From a virus, in IMG/VR virus record IMGVR_UViG_3300012000_000008, positions 26,749 through 90,748 of that record: 64,000 bases of DNA. One strand, 5' to 3'. The notes under the pieces were generated by a model. That model was not told the DNA's origin and made no database searches. It saw only the letters and a program-made list of their open reading frames with translations. The translations under genes and the position numbers were made by a program. Numbering within the stretch: the stretch's first letter is position 1; each line of letters starts with the position of its first letter. Of this stretch, positions 37,392 to 47,463 are shown piece by piece.

Positions 37392-38625
37392 ACTCTACCT
37401 TTTTTAGCCATCCTTTGTTTTTGCTCACAGGCCATATGCACAATTTTCTGGGTTTATTGCAGCATCTTACTGTTACTGAACGCATATTTTTTTGAAACGT
37501 CAATTCTTCTTTTGCATTCTCCCAATTTAAATCCCCACGGTAAACTACTTGTTCCCTGCTATCTAAAACTGCAAAATACCAAAAAGTATAATCATCAGCT
37601 TTTTCAATATCATTTATATTCCATTTCAAACTTAAATTCATATTTTTTATAAACCCGTTCTCCCAAGTGTCTGCATCAACGTAATTATTGGGAGGATTTA
37701 CACCCATGATAGTATCTTGTTGTAACCTTTTGTTCTTGAAATCTATGCCTGCATACAATTCATAATCATGGTGAGTTCTCTCTGTGCCCAATCCATACTC
37801 ACCCAAATCAATTTTATTGTCTTCTTCTTGCAACATGTGACGCAGCCTTTTTTTACTCAACACATCTCTTTCCCACCAAGTTAATTCAGTTAAATTGGAG
37901 TCTTTAAGTTTTTGATCATGGTCTGACCAGTGCTTGGTTCTGCCTTCTCTAGTATATTCATGCCACACCACAGTTCTGTGAGGATGAAATAAATCATATC
38001 CCAGAGTAAATGATCTGATGCTCAAACTAATTTCATCACCTGCAAAATAAATGTTTGGATCATATTTGTATTCTTGGCAATGTTGACCCAGAGTGAAAAA
38101 GAAATGACCACTTACAAACCTGGCAGCAACAGGTTTTTCTAGTTTCCTCCAATCTGGTATGGCATGAGGGCGGAACAAAATAGTTCCAGAGCTTGTAAAA
38201 TCATCAGCAACCATTTTGTACGGTTCAATATTTAGCTTTACATTGTCAGCTGGTCTGTACATGCCTGCATAAGAAGTTAAGATAGGCTTTTTACTGCCAG
38301 TTTGCTGCATCATGTCTATCAATTGTTCATCCCAGTGTTCTGCAAACCTATGGTGTGAATCCAACTGCAATGTATATTCTTCATCATCGTACATTTTTTG
38401 AATATGGTGACGAGCCCAGCACAATCCTTTGCTTTGCTGCCATGGTACATGCATAATTCTAAATTTGTCATTATTTTCAAATTCAGCCAAAGATTCATTT
38501 TCATCTCTCTGAAAACATATTCCAAAAGTCAGTTTTTCAGGATATTTAGCATTTTTTATGCAATCTCTAATGGTGGGCAGTAGCTCTGGGTCTCTGTAAG
38601 ATGCAATTTGAACAAAAATACTCAT
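37381..38625 (-). CDS. GT60 family protein GlcNAc transferase (Skp1-hydroxyproline GlcNAc-T-like)
   Basis: IFVQIASYRDPEL, SKGLCWARH, LQLDSHHRF, YFAGDEI, GYDLFHP and YGLGTERT. Confidence 0.85.
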   Translation of the reverse strand: MSIFVQIASYRDPELLPTIRDCIKNAKYPEKLTFGICFQRDENESLAEFENNDKFRIMHVPWQQSKGLCWARHHIQKMYDDEEYTLQLDSHHRFAEHWDEQLIDMMQQTGSKKPILTSYAGMYRPADNVKLNIEPYKMVADDFTSSGTILFRPHAIPDWRKLEKPVAARFVSGHFFFTLGQHCQEYKYDPNIYFAGDEISLSIRSFTLGYDLFHPHRTVVWHEYTREGRTKHWSDHDQKLKDSNLTELTWWERDVLSKKRLRHMLQEEDNKIDLGEYGLGTERTHHDYELYAGIDFKNKRLQQDTIMGVNPPNNYVDADTWENGFIKNMNLSLKWNINDIEKADDYTFWYFAVLDSREQVVYRGDLNWENAKEELTFQKNMRSVTVRCCNKPRKLCIWPVSKNKGWLKKVEYAL

Positions 38626-38704
38626 TATAATATATAAACCAAATTATTAGAGTTTCCATAAAATATAAAACACTGTTATTTTTAAATTTTTTATAAATAA
38701 TTAA

Positions 38705-40339
38705 GTGCAGTCTTTTAATGTAGTATTGTCCAGTATTCAGACAACACCAGCATACCCTGCTTTTCTTGATCATTACTTGTTTTTGGATCCTGCTTATGGA
38801 TTAAATTTTACTTACCCTAATACTGCTTATGGTGGACTATTCTATGTACCAACCAGTGCATCTAATCCGCAAAATTTATGGTTTGCTTCTTATAACCCTG
38901 CATGTTGTTTTGGCGGTCTTACAGCTTATGACCTCATAAACTCTCAGCCTTTCATTCTGTCTGGTGTTGGTCTAGGTAAAATGCTTAGCTTCTACAACAC
39001 CACATCTGCCAGAGAGTATGTATTTTCAGTTTATAAAAATTCAGTTTACACAGATTTTAGTACAAACAACGATTTTACTGTAGCAGCTGTATTTTCTGCC
39101 AGTAATTTCTCTAGTTCTTCTTTTAAGAGAATAGTTTCCAAAGGCCACTGGTCTCTGGAGCCAGGATATCTTATTCAAATTGATGATAGTGGCAAAGTAT
39201 TAACAGGCATAGGCTCTCTTAGTGGCTTTGTGCCCGGTGCCAGTGCTTTGTATGTGCAAACTATTAGTTCTTGTTTGAATAATAATTGGTTTAATCATGT
39301 GGCAGTAACAGTGAACAGAACAACCAACATTTTAAACTTGTATGTAAATGGTGTTAAGCAGTATCTGAGACCAGCTCTGAATCAAAATGTATCCTTTTTG
39401 TTTAATGCTAGTGGGTATGATATTGATTTTACCACTGCTGCACCAATTTTGTGTGCATCGTCCAATAATTCCTTATTTTTGGGTGGAGCATATGAGGATA
39501 TTAATAATCCCAATGCTGGTGAATTTTATAGTGGTTATATTACTGATGTTAAAATTTTTAACAATGCATTGTCACAGCCTGAAGTAGAGCAAGATTTAAA
39601 TTCTTATTTTTGGTTTACTTCTTCATCTTATGTTTATGCATTAACCACAAGCGGTGGTGTTATATTTCCCTATGGGTACCAAAAACAAAATGTTACTCAT
39701 TATCTTGATTTGAGTGCATTCAAAGGACCAATAACCTTAACATACATTCCTTCAGCTATAGATAATACATATTTTCCAACACTCAAAATTCTTTACAATT
39801 TTGGTGACAATACTACAGCAGAAGTCGATAAAACTGCCATTGGCAATGCTTCCTTCTACAAGAACAATTTAAATGTGGTCACAGGGCCAAATCCAGTTTT
39901 GCCCAACAATTATTATGTGTCTCATGATTATTGGCCTCAAAATAATGATATAACTTCTTTTGCTCCATCTATATCTGTTATTACAGGGGATTCTGTATAC
40001 AACATCTTTAATATTAATTTTAGCCTTGTTCCTGATTCAATTTATAGTTTGGGTGATTTTAGATTACTCAATAGAAATGATTTAAACAGCGCTGGTAACA
40101 AGGCATTTGTTGTTGCAGAAACTGAATATAATGATTTTTATTTAAATAATTTTGTAGTTTCAGAAAATAAAGAATTAATTGTTTCTTCTGTTGCCTTGTC
40201 TGCTGCAACGCCCACCCCCACTCCTACCCCCACCTCCACTCCTACCCCTACCCCCACTCCTACACCCACTCCTACACCTGTTCCTAGTACTGGCATTGGA
40301 TTTGGCATGATTGGCTCCACATTTATTGTTGGTGGATAA
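38705..40339 (+). CDS. LamG/concanavalin-like virion protein with C-terminal PT repeat
   Basis: WFNHVAVT..LYVNG and YSGYITDVKIFNNALS; TPTPTP tract at 40208-40279. Confidence 0.75.
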   Translation: MQSFNVVLSSIQTTPAYPAFLDHYLFLDPAYGLNFTYPNTAYGGLFYVPTSASNPQNLWFASYNPACCFGGLTAYDLINSQPFILSGVGLGKMLSFYNTTSAREYVFSVYKNSVYTDFSTNNDFTVAAVFSASNFSSSSFKRIVSKGHWSLEPGYLIQIDDSGKVLTGIGSLSGFVPGASALYVQTISSCLNNNWFNHVAVTVNRTTNILNLYVNGVKQYLRPALNQNVSFLFNASGYDIDFTTAAPILCASSNNSLFLGGAYEDINNPNAGEFYSGYITDVKIFNNALSQPEVEQDLNSYFWFTSSSYVYALTTSGGVIFPYGYQKQNVTHYLDLSAFKGPITLTYIPSAIDNTYFPTLKILYNFGDNTTAEVDKTAIGNASFYKNNLNVVTGPNPVLPNNYYVSHDYWPQNNDITSFAPSISVITGDSVYNIFNINFSLVPDSIYSLGDFRLLNRNDLNSAGNKAFVVAETEYNDFYLNNFVVSENKELIVSSVALSAATPTPTPTPTSTPTPTPTPTPTPTPVPSTGIGFGMIGSTFIVGG

Positions 40340-40363
40340 CCTTAATTTTTCCTGTATAATAAA

Positions 40364-40768
40364 TTGGTGAAGTTTGACAAGCTTAAAGAAATTTCTATTG
40401 CCATGGCCCCCAAGCATCCTTCCGATCAAAGATGCAGACATTTCTCATTCATTCTCAACAAGAAAAAAATATTAGCTATTGGTTTTAACAGGCAGAAAAC
40501 GCACCCATTCAATTTGAAGTATAATTTTGTTAATCGCAGAAACATACCCATCAATGATTTAGTGGGTATACACTCAGAATTAAATGCTTTAATTAGGCTC
40601 GGGACAGATGATGTGCAGGGGTTAACAATGGTAAACACCCGTGTGAATCGCAAAGGGGAAATTGATTTATCCATGCCTTGCACAGGCTGTCAGAGTTTTT
40701 TGAAAACATTAGATTTCAAGAAAATCTATTATTCTACTAAAGCTGGATTCTTTGAAAGATTTTCTTAA
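40364..40768 (+). CDS. CMP/dCMP deaminase-family zinc protein
   Basis: IHSE...SMPCTGC and KTHP. Confidence 0.75.
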   Translation: MVKFDKLKEISIAMAPKHPSDQRCRHFSFILNKKKILAIGFNRQKTHPFNLKYNFVNRRNIPINDLVGIHSELNALIRLGTDDVQGLTMVNTRVNRKGEIDLSMPCTGCQSFLKTLDFKKIYYSTKAGFFERFS

Positions 40769-40776
40769 ATTTTTTT

Positions 40777-41031
40777 ATGTCAAAACGCAAAATTGAATGT
40801 TTTATTGCATGCAGCTGTCACTCAGAGGGCATTTATCTGGTAAAACAAGCAGATGATGACTTTTTGTATTTGTCATTTTTTTCACAAGGCATTAATCCAA
40901 AAAGATTCAATTGGAGAGACAAATGCAGATACATATGGAATGTACTGAAGCATGGCAAACCCTTTGAAGATGAATTGGTCATGGACAAGCTAGCAGTTGC
41001 AAAGCTTAAAAAAATATTAAATAAAATTTAG
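40777..41031 (+). CDS. Hypothetical protein
   Basis: 84-aa ORF with CSCHSE. Confidence 0.55.
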   Translation: MSKRKIECFIACSCHSEGIYLVKQADDDFLYLSFFSQGINPKRFNWRDKCRYIWNVLKHGKPFEDELVMDKLAVAKLKKILNKI

Positions 41032-41032
41032 T

Positions 41033-41260
41033 ATGGCAACTTCAAAAACTAATCCACAAGCAGGCACCAGAACTCCAGGCTTCAGAACATCCATTAATAG
41101 AATTAGAATACTGGATGGCAAAGAAGTAAAACCCATTTGGTATTGTGGCAAATGGGAAGGCCATGGGTCTTACATGGCAGGTCATATTGATGGCATTACT
41201 GTGATGGATGCCCATGGCAAGCCGCTGCCTTTTCGTTCCATAGGCAATTTAGAGCCTTGA
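41033..41260 (+). CDS. Hypothetical protein
   Basis: 75-aa ORF. Confidence 0.6.
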   Translation: MATSKTNPQAGTRTPGFRTSINRIRILDGKEVKPIWYCGKWEGHGSYMAGHIDGITVMDAHGKPLPFRSIGNLEP

Positions 41261-41290
41261 TTAAAATATAAATTCCTTTATAATTTACCT

Positions 41291-41551
41291 ATGCAAATTA
41301 GTATAGGTAAAAATCTGCTTAGCATTGACAGAGGCACTTCCAAATTGGACATCCGTATTCCATTTATTAGGATTGGTAAATTTAATGATGGGGATGGTGG
41401 TTATGATGTTAAGTTTCAAGTTGACATCACCACTTACATTGGTTATACTGATTATGATTATGGCAATTCTATTACCTTTATGGTTTTTGGTTTTGGATTC
41501 GATTATTGGTGGTCTGACAAGTTAGAAGTTACTGAAGATGACGACTTCTGA
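41291..41551 (+). CDS. Hypothetical protein
   Basis: 86-aa ORF after TTGATT...TATAAT. Confidence 0.55.
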   Translation: MQISIGKNLLSIDRGTSKLDIRIPFIRIGKFNDGDGGYDVKFQVDITTYIGYTDYDYGNSITFMVFGFGFDYWWSDKLEVTEDDDF

Positions 41552-42185
41552 AGCAGTAAGTATTTTTACTGAAAAATATGGTGCATTTGTGTGTCCCACA
41601 AATGATGATGCTAATGATTGCTTGAATCAACACAACACCAACACATATGCTTATGCCATGGTAGCGGATGGCGATGTTGTGGTGCTTGGTGAAGGCACCA
41701 ATGGCAGAAAAAACGTCATGTATCCAGGATTTAGAGCATTGTCGCACCAGAAAGTGTTTATTGCTGCTGCAGCACACCATGTTTGCAAGAATGTGGTAAG
41801 ATTAATTTTACCCACAAGATACAAGAATGAAAAAGCTTTTAATCCCAATTTTAATAAAAAAACTGACAAAATAGAAGATTTTAAAACAATGTTACAAATT
41901 AGCACATGCATTGAAGAACAACTATTTAAAGAATTCAATTTTCATGACAAGTCAACTGTGGATAAGAACATGGAATATTACCACCGAAGACTTGAACAGC
42001 TAGGTATGCAAGAGAACCCATGGTTTACCTCTTTGATGTCTCCTTTGCTTAGATCTCAAGGAAGTGACATGGGTGGATTTAAGGAATGGGTAGCAGAATG
42101 GGATCTATTTCCCAATGGCAAAGGTATCAGGTCATATGTAAGTAAGATATTGGGTGGGTATTACACTGACAAAGGATTCAAATGA
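41538..42185 (+). CDS. Hypothetical protein
   Basis: 215-aa ORF in an operon. Confidence 0.65.
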   Translation: MTTSEAVSIFTEKYGAFVCPTNDDANDCLNQHNTNTYAYAMVADGDVVVLGEGTNGRKNVMYPGFRALSHQKVFIAAAAHHVCKNVVRLILPTRYKNEKAFNPNFNKKTDKIEDFKTMLQISTCIEEQLFKEFNFHDKSTVDKNMEYYHRRLEQLGMQENPWFTSLMSPLLRSQGSDMGGFKEWVAEWDLFPNGKGIRSYVSKILGGYYTDKGFK

Positions 42186-43156
42186 AATTTGATGTGCATT
42201 TAAACTTGGAGCAATTTCCTACATCCAGAAGTTCATCAACTCTCATTTATTCTTCTGTGGATGACTTGGCTGAATTTGTTAAGCGCAACGAAATTGATGC
42301 TGCTGTTACCCTTTACCCTAGGGATGGCTACAAATATATGGAGAAATTTGCTGCTAAGACACCAGGTGTGAAGCATTATGGTGTGCAAGTGCTCATGGGC
42401 ATTGATGCAGGTGATGCCACAGATATTAAAAAACTTCAATTGGATGCCACAGACAACAGCAAAGAGTATTGCAGAGGCATAAAGATTGCCTCACACAGAG
42501 GTTGGTGGAGCAGAGATGGTAAAATAGATAGTGGTCTGGACTATGGCGCAGAATCTAACAAGATACACAAATGGTTAAAACAGCTACCAGAAAATTATAT
42601 TGTTTCTATGCACATGCAAGGCGATCCTATTAACAATTCAGCTTCTATTCCCATGACAGTAGGCATGTATGCTTACAAATATCCTCATCTTAAATTCATA
42701 ATGAATCACATGGGTGATTATGGTCAAGGCGGTCTTTCCAATAGACCCAAGAATTATGTTACTGTTACCAAAGATGGTGAAACCAATCTTTTTCCGGCTT
42801 TCCGTTATGCTCATTCCAGAGCTCTCTGCAAAGCAGCAGTTGAGTATGCCAACATTCAGCACAATATTATACTGGATACTTCAGTCTATATTCCTAACAA
42901 GAGTGAGGTATTGCAGGGATGTCACCGGTGGGCCATTGGTAGTGATTATCCATTTTGCAAAAAAGATTATTTGTTTTTGGATGAAGAGAAGAAATTTATC
43001 AGGGACATGGGTGCAGATGCAGTTAAAAAAATGCATGAAAATACAAAGTGGTTTTTTGAATCTGAATATCAAGAATTAATAAACAGGAATATAGAACTAA
43101 ATAAATTTAATGACTTCCATGCAAGAGCATCTAAAAGAGCTGCTGTTGCAGCTTGA
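42182..43156 (+). CDS. Amidohydrolase-family TIM-barrel metalloprotein
   Basis: DVHL, GIKI, MHMQG, NHMG, LDTS and GSDYPF. Confidence 0.8.
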   Translation: MKFDVHLNLEQFPTSRSSSTLIYSSVDDLAEFVKRNEIDAAVTLYPRDGYKYMEKFAAKTPGVKHYGVQVLMGIDAGDATDIKKLQLDATDNSKEYCRGIKIASHRGWWSRDGKIDSGLDYGAESNKIHKWLKQLPENYIVSMHMQGDPINNSASIPMTVGMYAYKYPHLKFIMNHMGDYGQGGLSNRPKNYVTVTKDGETNLFPAFRYAHSRALCKAAVEYANIQHNIILDTSVYIPNKSEVLQGCHRWAIGSDYPFCKKDYLFLDEEKKFIRDMGADAVKKMHENTKWFFESEYQELINRNIELNKFNDFHARASKRAAVAA

Positions 43157-43595
43157 AAAAAAATATCCTAAAGGTTCTGCAATTTGTTCTAAAAGCCATT
43201 TAAAAATGGCGCTGTATGATTGGAACAAAGAAAAAAATTGGGATAGCAAGAATTCATTCATTTATTCTTTTGAAGACAAGGGGTATATTTTCTATGCATT
43301 TACCACCAGAGAACCCAGACACTGTACTATAAGACATTTCTTTGTTTTGGAGGAATACAGAGGCAAAGGTATAGGCAGAAAAATTATTGAAATGGTTAAA
43401 ACTCACATGAGAATGAGAAGTATAAAGAGATTTAGATTTTTTTGCAACAAGCCTGCCATTGAATTTTATACAAAATTAGGATTTAAATACCAAGGTGAAA
43501 GTAAGCAAGGGCTGCCATTTGTTTATTGCGATAGAGACACATTGAAAAGTATAAAAGATAAAAAACAATTAAAAAAATTATTTAAAGTTTATTAA
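43110..43595 (+). CDS. GNAT acetyltransferase
   Basis: FVLEEYRGKGIG and PAIEFYTKLGF. Confidence 0.85.
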   Translation: MTSMQEHLKELLLQLEKKYPKGSAICSKSHLKMALYDWNKEKNWDSKNSFIYSFEDKGYIFYAFTTREPRHCTIRHFFVLEEYRGKGIGRKIIEMVKTHMRMRSIKRFRFFCNKPAIEFYTKLGFKYQGESKQGLPFVYCDRDTLKSIKDKKQLKKLFKVY

Positions 43596-44005
43596 TTCCA
43601 GCTTTCTTTTTTAGCCCCATAATATTCTCTTGCATATCCACCATCTAATAGTAACTGTCTTAAACTTTTACCATCCACAAAGACATCTCCTAAAATTCTA
43701 CCTCCAAACTTATCCCACGTTATAACTTGAATTTTTATATCTTTGGCATTTTGTATGAGATTTTTTGTAAAAAAGCATGCTTGTTCTCCCATTTGATTCT
43801 CATGTTCACTATGTGCTCTGAATCCTTTTTCTGGTGTATCCACACCCCATATTCTTACTTTAAGTTTATTGCCTAATTCTTTGGGTAAAAAATCTACTTG
43901 AACTTCTACTGTGTCTCCATCTATGGCTCTTGTCACTTTCCAAGTGTATAATTCTTGACCGAAAGACATGGAACATAAACATAAAAATAAAAATAATTTT
44001 TTCAT
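43592..44005 (-). CDS. Thermonuclease (SNase-like) with signal peptide
   Basis: IDGDT, RIWGVDTPE and DKFGGRILG. Confidence 0.9.
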   Translation of the reverse strand: MKKLFLFLCLCSMSFGQELYTWKVTRAIDGDTVEVQVDFLPKELGNKLKVRIWGVDTPEKGFRAHSEHENQMGEQACFFTKNLIQNAKDIKIQVITWDKFGGRILGDVFVDGKSLRQLLLDGGYAREYYGAKKESWN

Positions 44006-44008
44006 TTA

Positions 44009-44437
44009 TTAAACAACAGCACAAGCTTTTTGATACTGCTGAACAACATTACTGTGCAATTCTCTCCCATACTTTAAATCATCTTTTTCCACAGGGCATC
44101 TAGATTTTCTCATTAATTCTAAAGCCTCTTTTCTGTTTAAAAACCTATCTTTATCAGTGTAAAAACCATCAACAAATCTGTCATAATAGTTTCCTCTGTC
44201 TCTAAAGTACTCAAATGATTTTTCATCATTTACAGGAAAATCATAATTTTCTTCTTGATGCATCACAAAAAATGCATCATAATGGCTGTCCCCGGTGTAA
44301 ATATAGCCTGTTTTTTTATCATAAATAGCTGCTGCAATTATGTTTTCACCTGTATAATTTATTTGTGTATATAAAGGTGAAGGTCTTATAACAGACATCT
44401 CCATAATAATCATATCTAAAACTTTATTAAATTTCAT
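44009..44437 (-). CDS. Hypothetical protein
   Basis: IIAAAI...H...GFYTDKDRFLNRKEA motif seen in phage proteins. Confidence 0.6.
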   Translation of the reverse strand: MKFNKVLDMIIMEMSVIRPSPLYTQINYTGENIIAAAIYDKKTGYIYTGDSHYDAFFVMHQEENYDFPVNDEKSFEYFRDRGNYYDRFVDGFYTDKDRFLNRKEALELMRKSRCPVEKDDLKYGRELHSNVVQQYQKACAVV

Positions 44438-44527
44438 TTTTATACATAGTTATTTATTATTAAAAATTTTAAACTAAGTAAATAACCTTATGGATTGGAT
44501 GGATATTTATTTAAAAGAACTTGTACA

Positions 44528-45619
44528 TTATTTTTCTGCAGACATATCAACAGCTTTATTAAAAATTAAACCTTTTGCATACTCCCTTAATTCTTCACTA
44601 GTTACTTCTTCGCCTGAGGCAATGTTAACTACGCTCAAATTATCCACCTCTCCTCTGCCATAAGGATCATTTTCATCAAATTTCACATCTCCAAAAGCTC
44701 TAAATCTTAAACCATTATGGACAAACTCTACATCAATGTCATCATATGGGCCCCACCCTGGCTTTTGTTCAGCATTTTCATCTCTATTTAAATGTTCTTC
44801 TCTTGGATCTTTTTTAGCTAAAGAATGAATGTATTGATGGGTGTAAGGCAATTCCTTGGAAAGTTTTTTTATTTGAACAGGGCCTTTGTTAATATGTAAT
44901 TTTAGTTTTTCAAATTCTTTAGCAGGCATTTCAGCATCTTCACTATGTTTATGCTTATCTTGTGTGCACCCAGCATAATCAGCCTTGCATCTGCCACATG
45001 ACCAAAATTTACCCTTGAGCTCGGGGTATGTATTTTCAATGGCTTGTACTGCTTTGTCAGTAAGCACCACTTGTCTCTTGCCTTGAATTGTTTCTACATC
45101 AAAAATGCCCTCCTCTACACCCTTATCAACTTGTAATTTTTTAGAGCTAGTATCAAAACCACCTTTGGACATGTCAGTAATAATGTCTTTGTATTTGGAG
45201 ACATTTAATTCTTCTGCATTCTCTTCTGCATCCTTAATCTTCTCATCCCTCTCATTCTCTCTATCCTTATACTTGTCCATGGCTTGATCAAACTTGGTTT
45301 TTCTTTGATCTGCATAATCTTCCGAATTTTCGGTGGGTGCGTGTCTATATAGGTTTCTTAATTCATCTTCCGGAAGCCCGGAATTTCTTAATTGATTGAC
45401 CAATTGCTTGGCTTCTACAGATTGCTGAGGTGTTACATGTCCTCCTGCTTTTTTTACATCGGTAAAAATAGAAATTAAACGCTCTTTTAGTTCCGGTATT
45501 TTACTCTCATCAGGAAGACCATATTTGACCATTCTCATTATGTTTGAGCCCAATTCTTTTTTAGTTTTAGAGAGATTGTCTATGTATGATTCAAATATAA
45601 GATGCGCATCTTTATTCAT
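44528..45619 (-). CDS. Putative internal head polyprotein
   Basis: DAHLIFESY N-terminus; four E-[ND]-[AS]-E motifs separating segments. Confidence 0.55.
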   Translation of the reverse strand: MNKDAHLIFESYIDNLSKTKKELGSNIMRMVKYGLPDESKIPELKERLISIFTDVKKAGGHVTPQQSVEAKQLVNQLRNSGLPEDELRNLYRHAPTENSEDYADQRKTKFDQAMDKYKDRENERDEKIKDAEENAEELNVSKYKDIITDMSKGGFDTSSKKLQVDKGVEEGIFDVETIQGKRQVVLTDKAVQAIENTYPELKGKFWSCGRCKADYAGCTQDKHKHSEDAEMPAKEFEKLKLHINKGPVQIKKLSKELPYTHQYIHSLAKKDPREEHLNRDENAEQKPGWGPYDDIDVEFVHNGLRFRAFGDVKFDENDPYGRGEVDNLSVVNIASGEEVTSEELREYAKGLIFNKAVDMSAEK

Positions 45620-45625
45620 GTTTAA

Positions 45626-46399
45626 TTATTTATTGTTTGGAAATAATTTAAAATCAAATACTTTTTCAAAGGTTTTGGGGTCTTGCTTGTAATGCTCTTT
45701 TGATTCATCATGTGAATTAGTAGTATATTGCCAGCAAAACGATAATTCATCTGGTACCTTGAATCCGAAGAATTTAAATACATCCTTCTGTATATCTACT
45801 ACAGCTTGATCATTCCAATTATGGCCAATACCTACAAACCCTGCATCAATATTATCTAATAAATTCTTTTCATTTAAGGTGGTATGTCTATTCTCAAGCC
45901 AGGTTAATCTTTCAATTAATTTCTGATATATACTATTGGCTTGACCCCATCTCACGCTTGCAAAGAACACAACGCAATCAGACTCTAGAAGCGGTTTGGA
46001 TATTTTCCAGAGCTCATCATCCTTATTGTTAATAGAAGCCCAGCAGCGATGATGACCTGATGGATTTTTATTTTTATCTTTCAAAGCCGCATCCTTAGTA
46101 CCACAGTGATTACCATAACGCGAAGATACATTACCCTCGCAACAATGTATAGTTAGTAGAGGCACTTCAATTAACTTAATATTTTTATCCGCTAATTCAT
46201 TTCTTAAATGATACGCAAGTAAAGTACTCTTAGGCTTATCATCTTTATGGCCTTCCCACCGATTAGAGGTAGTTAAAAATAATATATTTTCTTTTGTTTT
46301 AAGATATTCTTTAAAATTTTTTATAGAGCGCTGCACTGGTGCAGGACTGGAGTTAATTTTCTCCGTTATCATTTGTAAATATACTTGCTCTAGATTCAT
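45626..46399 (-). CDS. Flavodoxin/NADPH-dependent FMN reductase-like protein
   Basis: TTSNR, CEGNVS and FASVRWGQANSIYQKLIERL. Confidence 0.75.
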   Translation of the reverse strand: MNLEQVYLQMITEKINSSPAPVQRSIKNFKEYLKTKENILFLTTSNRWEGHKDDKPKSTLLAYHLRNELADKNIKLIEVPLLTIHCCEGNVSSRYGNHCGTKDAALKDKNKNPSGHHRCWASINNKDDELWKISKPLLESDCVVFFASVRWGQANSIYQKLIERLTWLENRHTTLNEKNLLDNIDAGFVGIGHNWNDQAVVDIQKDVFKFFGFKVPDELSFCWQYTTNSHDESKEHYKQDPKTFEKVFDFKLFPNNK

Positions 46400-47463
46400 T
46401 GGCAGTGGTAGTTTTGAAACCTTCTCGCAGCTTTAGCAGTTGCATTATTTTTATTCTTTTGTCTTGCATGCAAAGCTCTGGCCTTAGAACAAGTAACTTT
46501 GCCTTTTACTTGGCGCTTTAATATACCTGGTCTCACAGGATCATGTATGTTCTTTTCATGAATAGGGTTCTTTCTAGTTAAAACAAAATCAGTAGCATCA
46601 TGTGTGCCATGGCCTGGTTGTGTTGTAAAAATAGATTTTTTAGCGTGAGTAAATCCCAATCTGTCAGCGAATTTTTTAATCAGTCTCTCATATACTTTTT
46701 CTCTGCTTGAAGAATACATCTCATCTTCTAGTAAGTTACTCTTGCCAGACGCAGAAAATGATACTAAATTAACTTTGTAGTTTTCAATAATATCTTTTAT
46801 GAATGCCATGGCATTATTTAATACAGAAGAAACATCTGCATCACCTACCATAGAAATAGAACCTCCATGTTTTGGATCATTAATTGTCTTAAAAGTAATT
46901 TCTGCAGCAGGTAAGTTATCTATGTGTAATTTAGAAAATGCTAAGAGCTCTCTTTTGGAAGGCTCTTTGTCTGGCTTGGGAATAGCAACAACAGCATTAT
47001 ACTCATATATAACAGGCTTACCAATTTTGTTTTTTATTGTTGTATAGTATGTAACTTCTTCTGCTCTTACTCCTCCTTCTGAATCATAATCTTTCATTGG
47101 TTCAATGACCCAGTTTGCCTTTGTTTTTATATTGGGAAAAGATTGAAATAATTCTAGCAATACACTTTCATTTAACTTATGCTGTGATCTAATAATTTGA
47201 TCATACTTATGTTGACCTAGAGATTTTTGAATTTGATTCCATTTAGATTTCCATTGAGTTAATAGGGTTGATGGTACTTCTTTCCATGATGTCCACGCAT
47301 CTTCATTCTCAGGGGTAACAACAGAAACTAAATCTGGTGTCCAAGTAGCACCAGTAGATTGTCTTCCTTTAGGTGTATGCACTATTTTAAAAGTCTTTCC
47401 ATAATTAGAATCCCAATCTATAGGTTGTCTGGATTCAGTAAAAAATTCTTTAAACGTTTTCAT
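46396..47463 (-). CDS. Putative internal head protein
   Basis: MKTFKEFFTE resembles the T4 capsid-targeting sequence; basic C-terminal module. Confidence 0.55.
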   Translation of the reverse strand: MKTFKEFFTESRQPIDWDSNYGKTFKIVHTPKGRQSTGATWTPDLVSVVTPENEDAWTSWKEVPSTLLTQWKSKWNQIQKSLGQHKYDQIIRSQHKLNESVLLELFQSFPNIKTKANWVIEPMKDYDSEGGVRAEEVTYYTTIKNKIGKPVIYEYNAVVAIPKPDKEPSKRELLAFSKLHIDNLPAAEITFKTINDPKHGGSISMVGDADVSSVLNNAMAFIKDIIENYKVNLVSFSASGKSNLLEDEMYSSSREKVYERLIKKFADRLGFTHAKKSIFTTQPGHGTHDATDFVLTRKNPIHEKNIHDPVRPGILKRQVKGKVTCSKARALHARQKNKNNATAKAARRFQNYHCQ

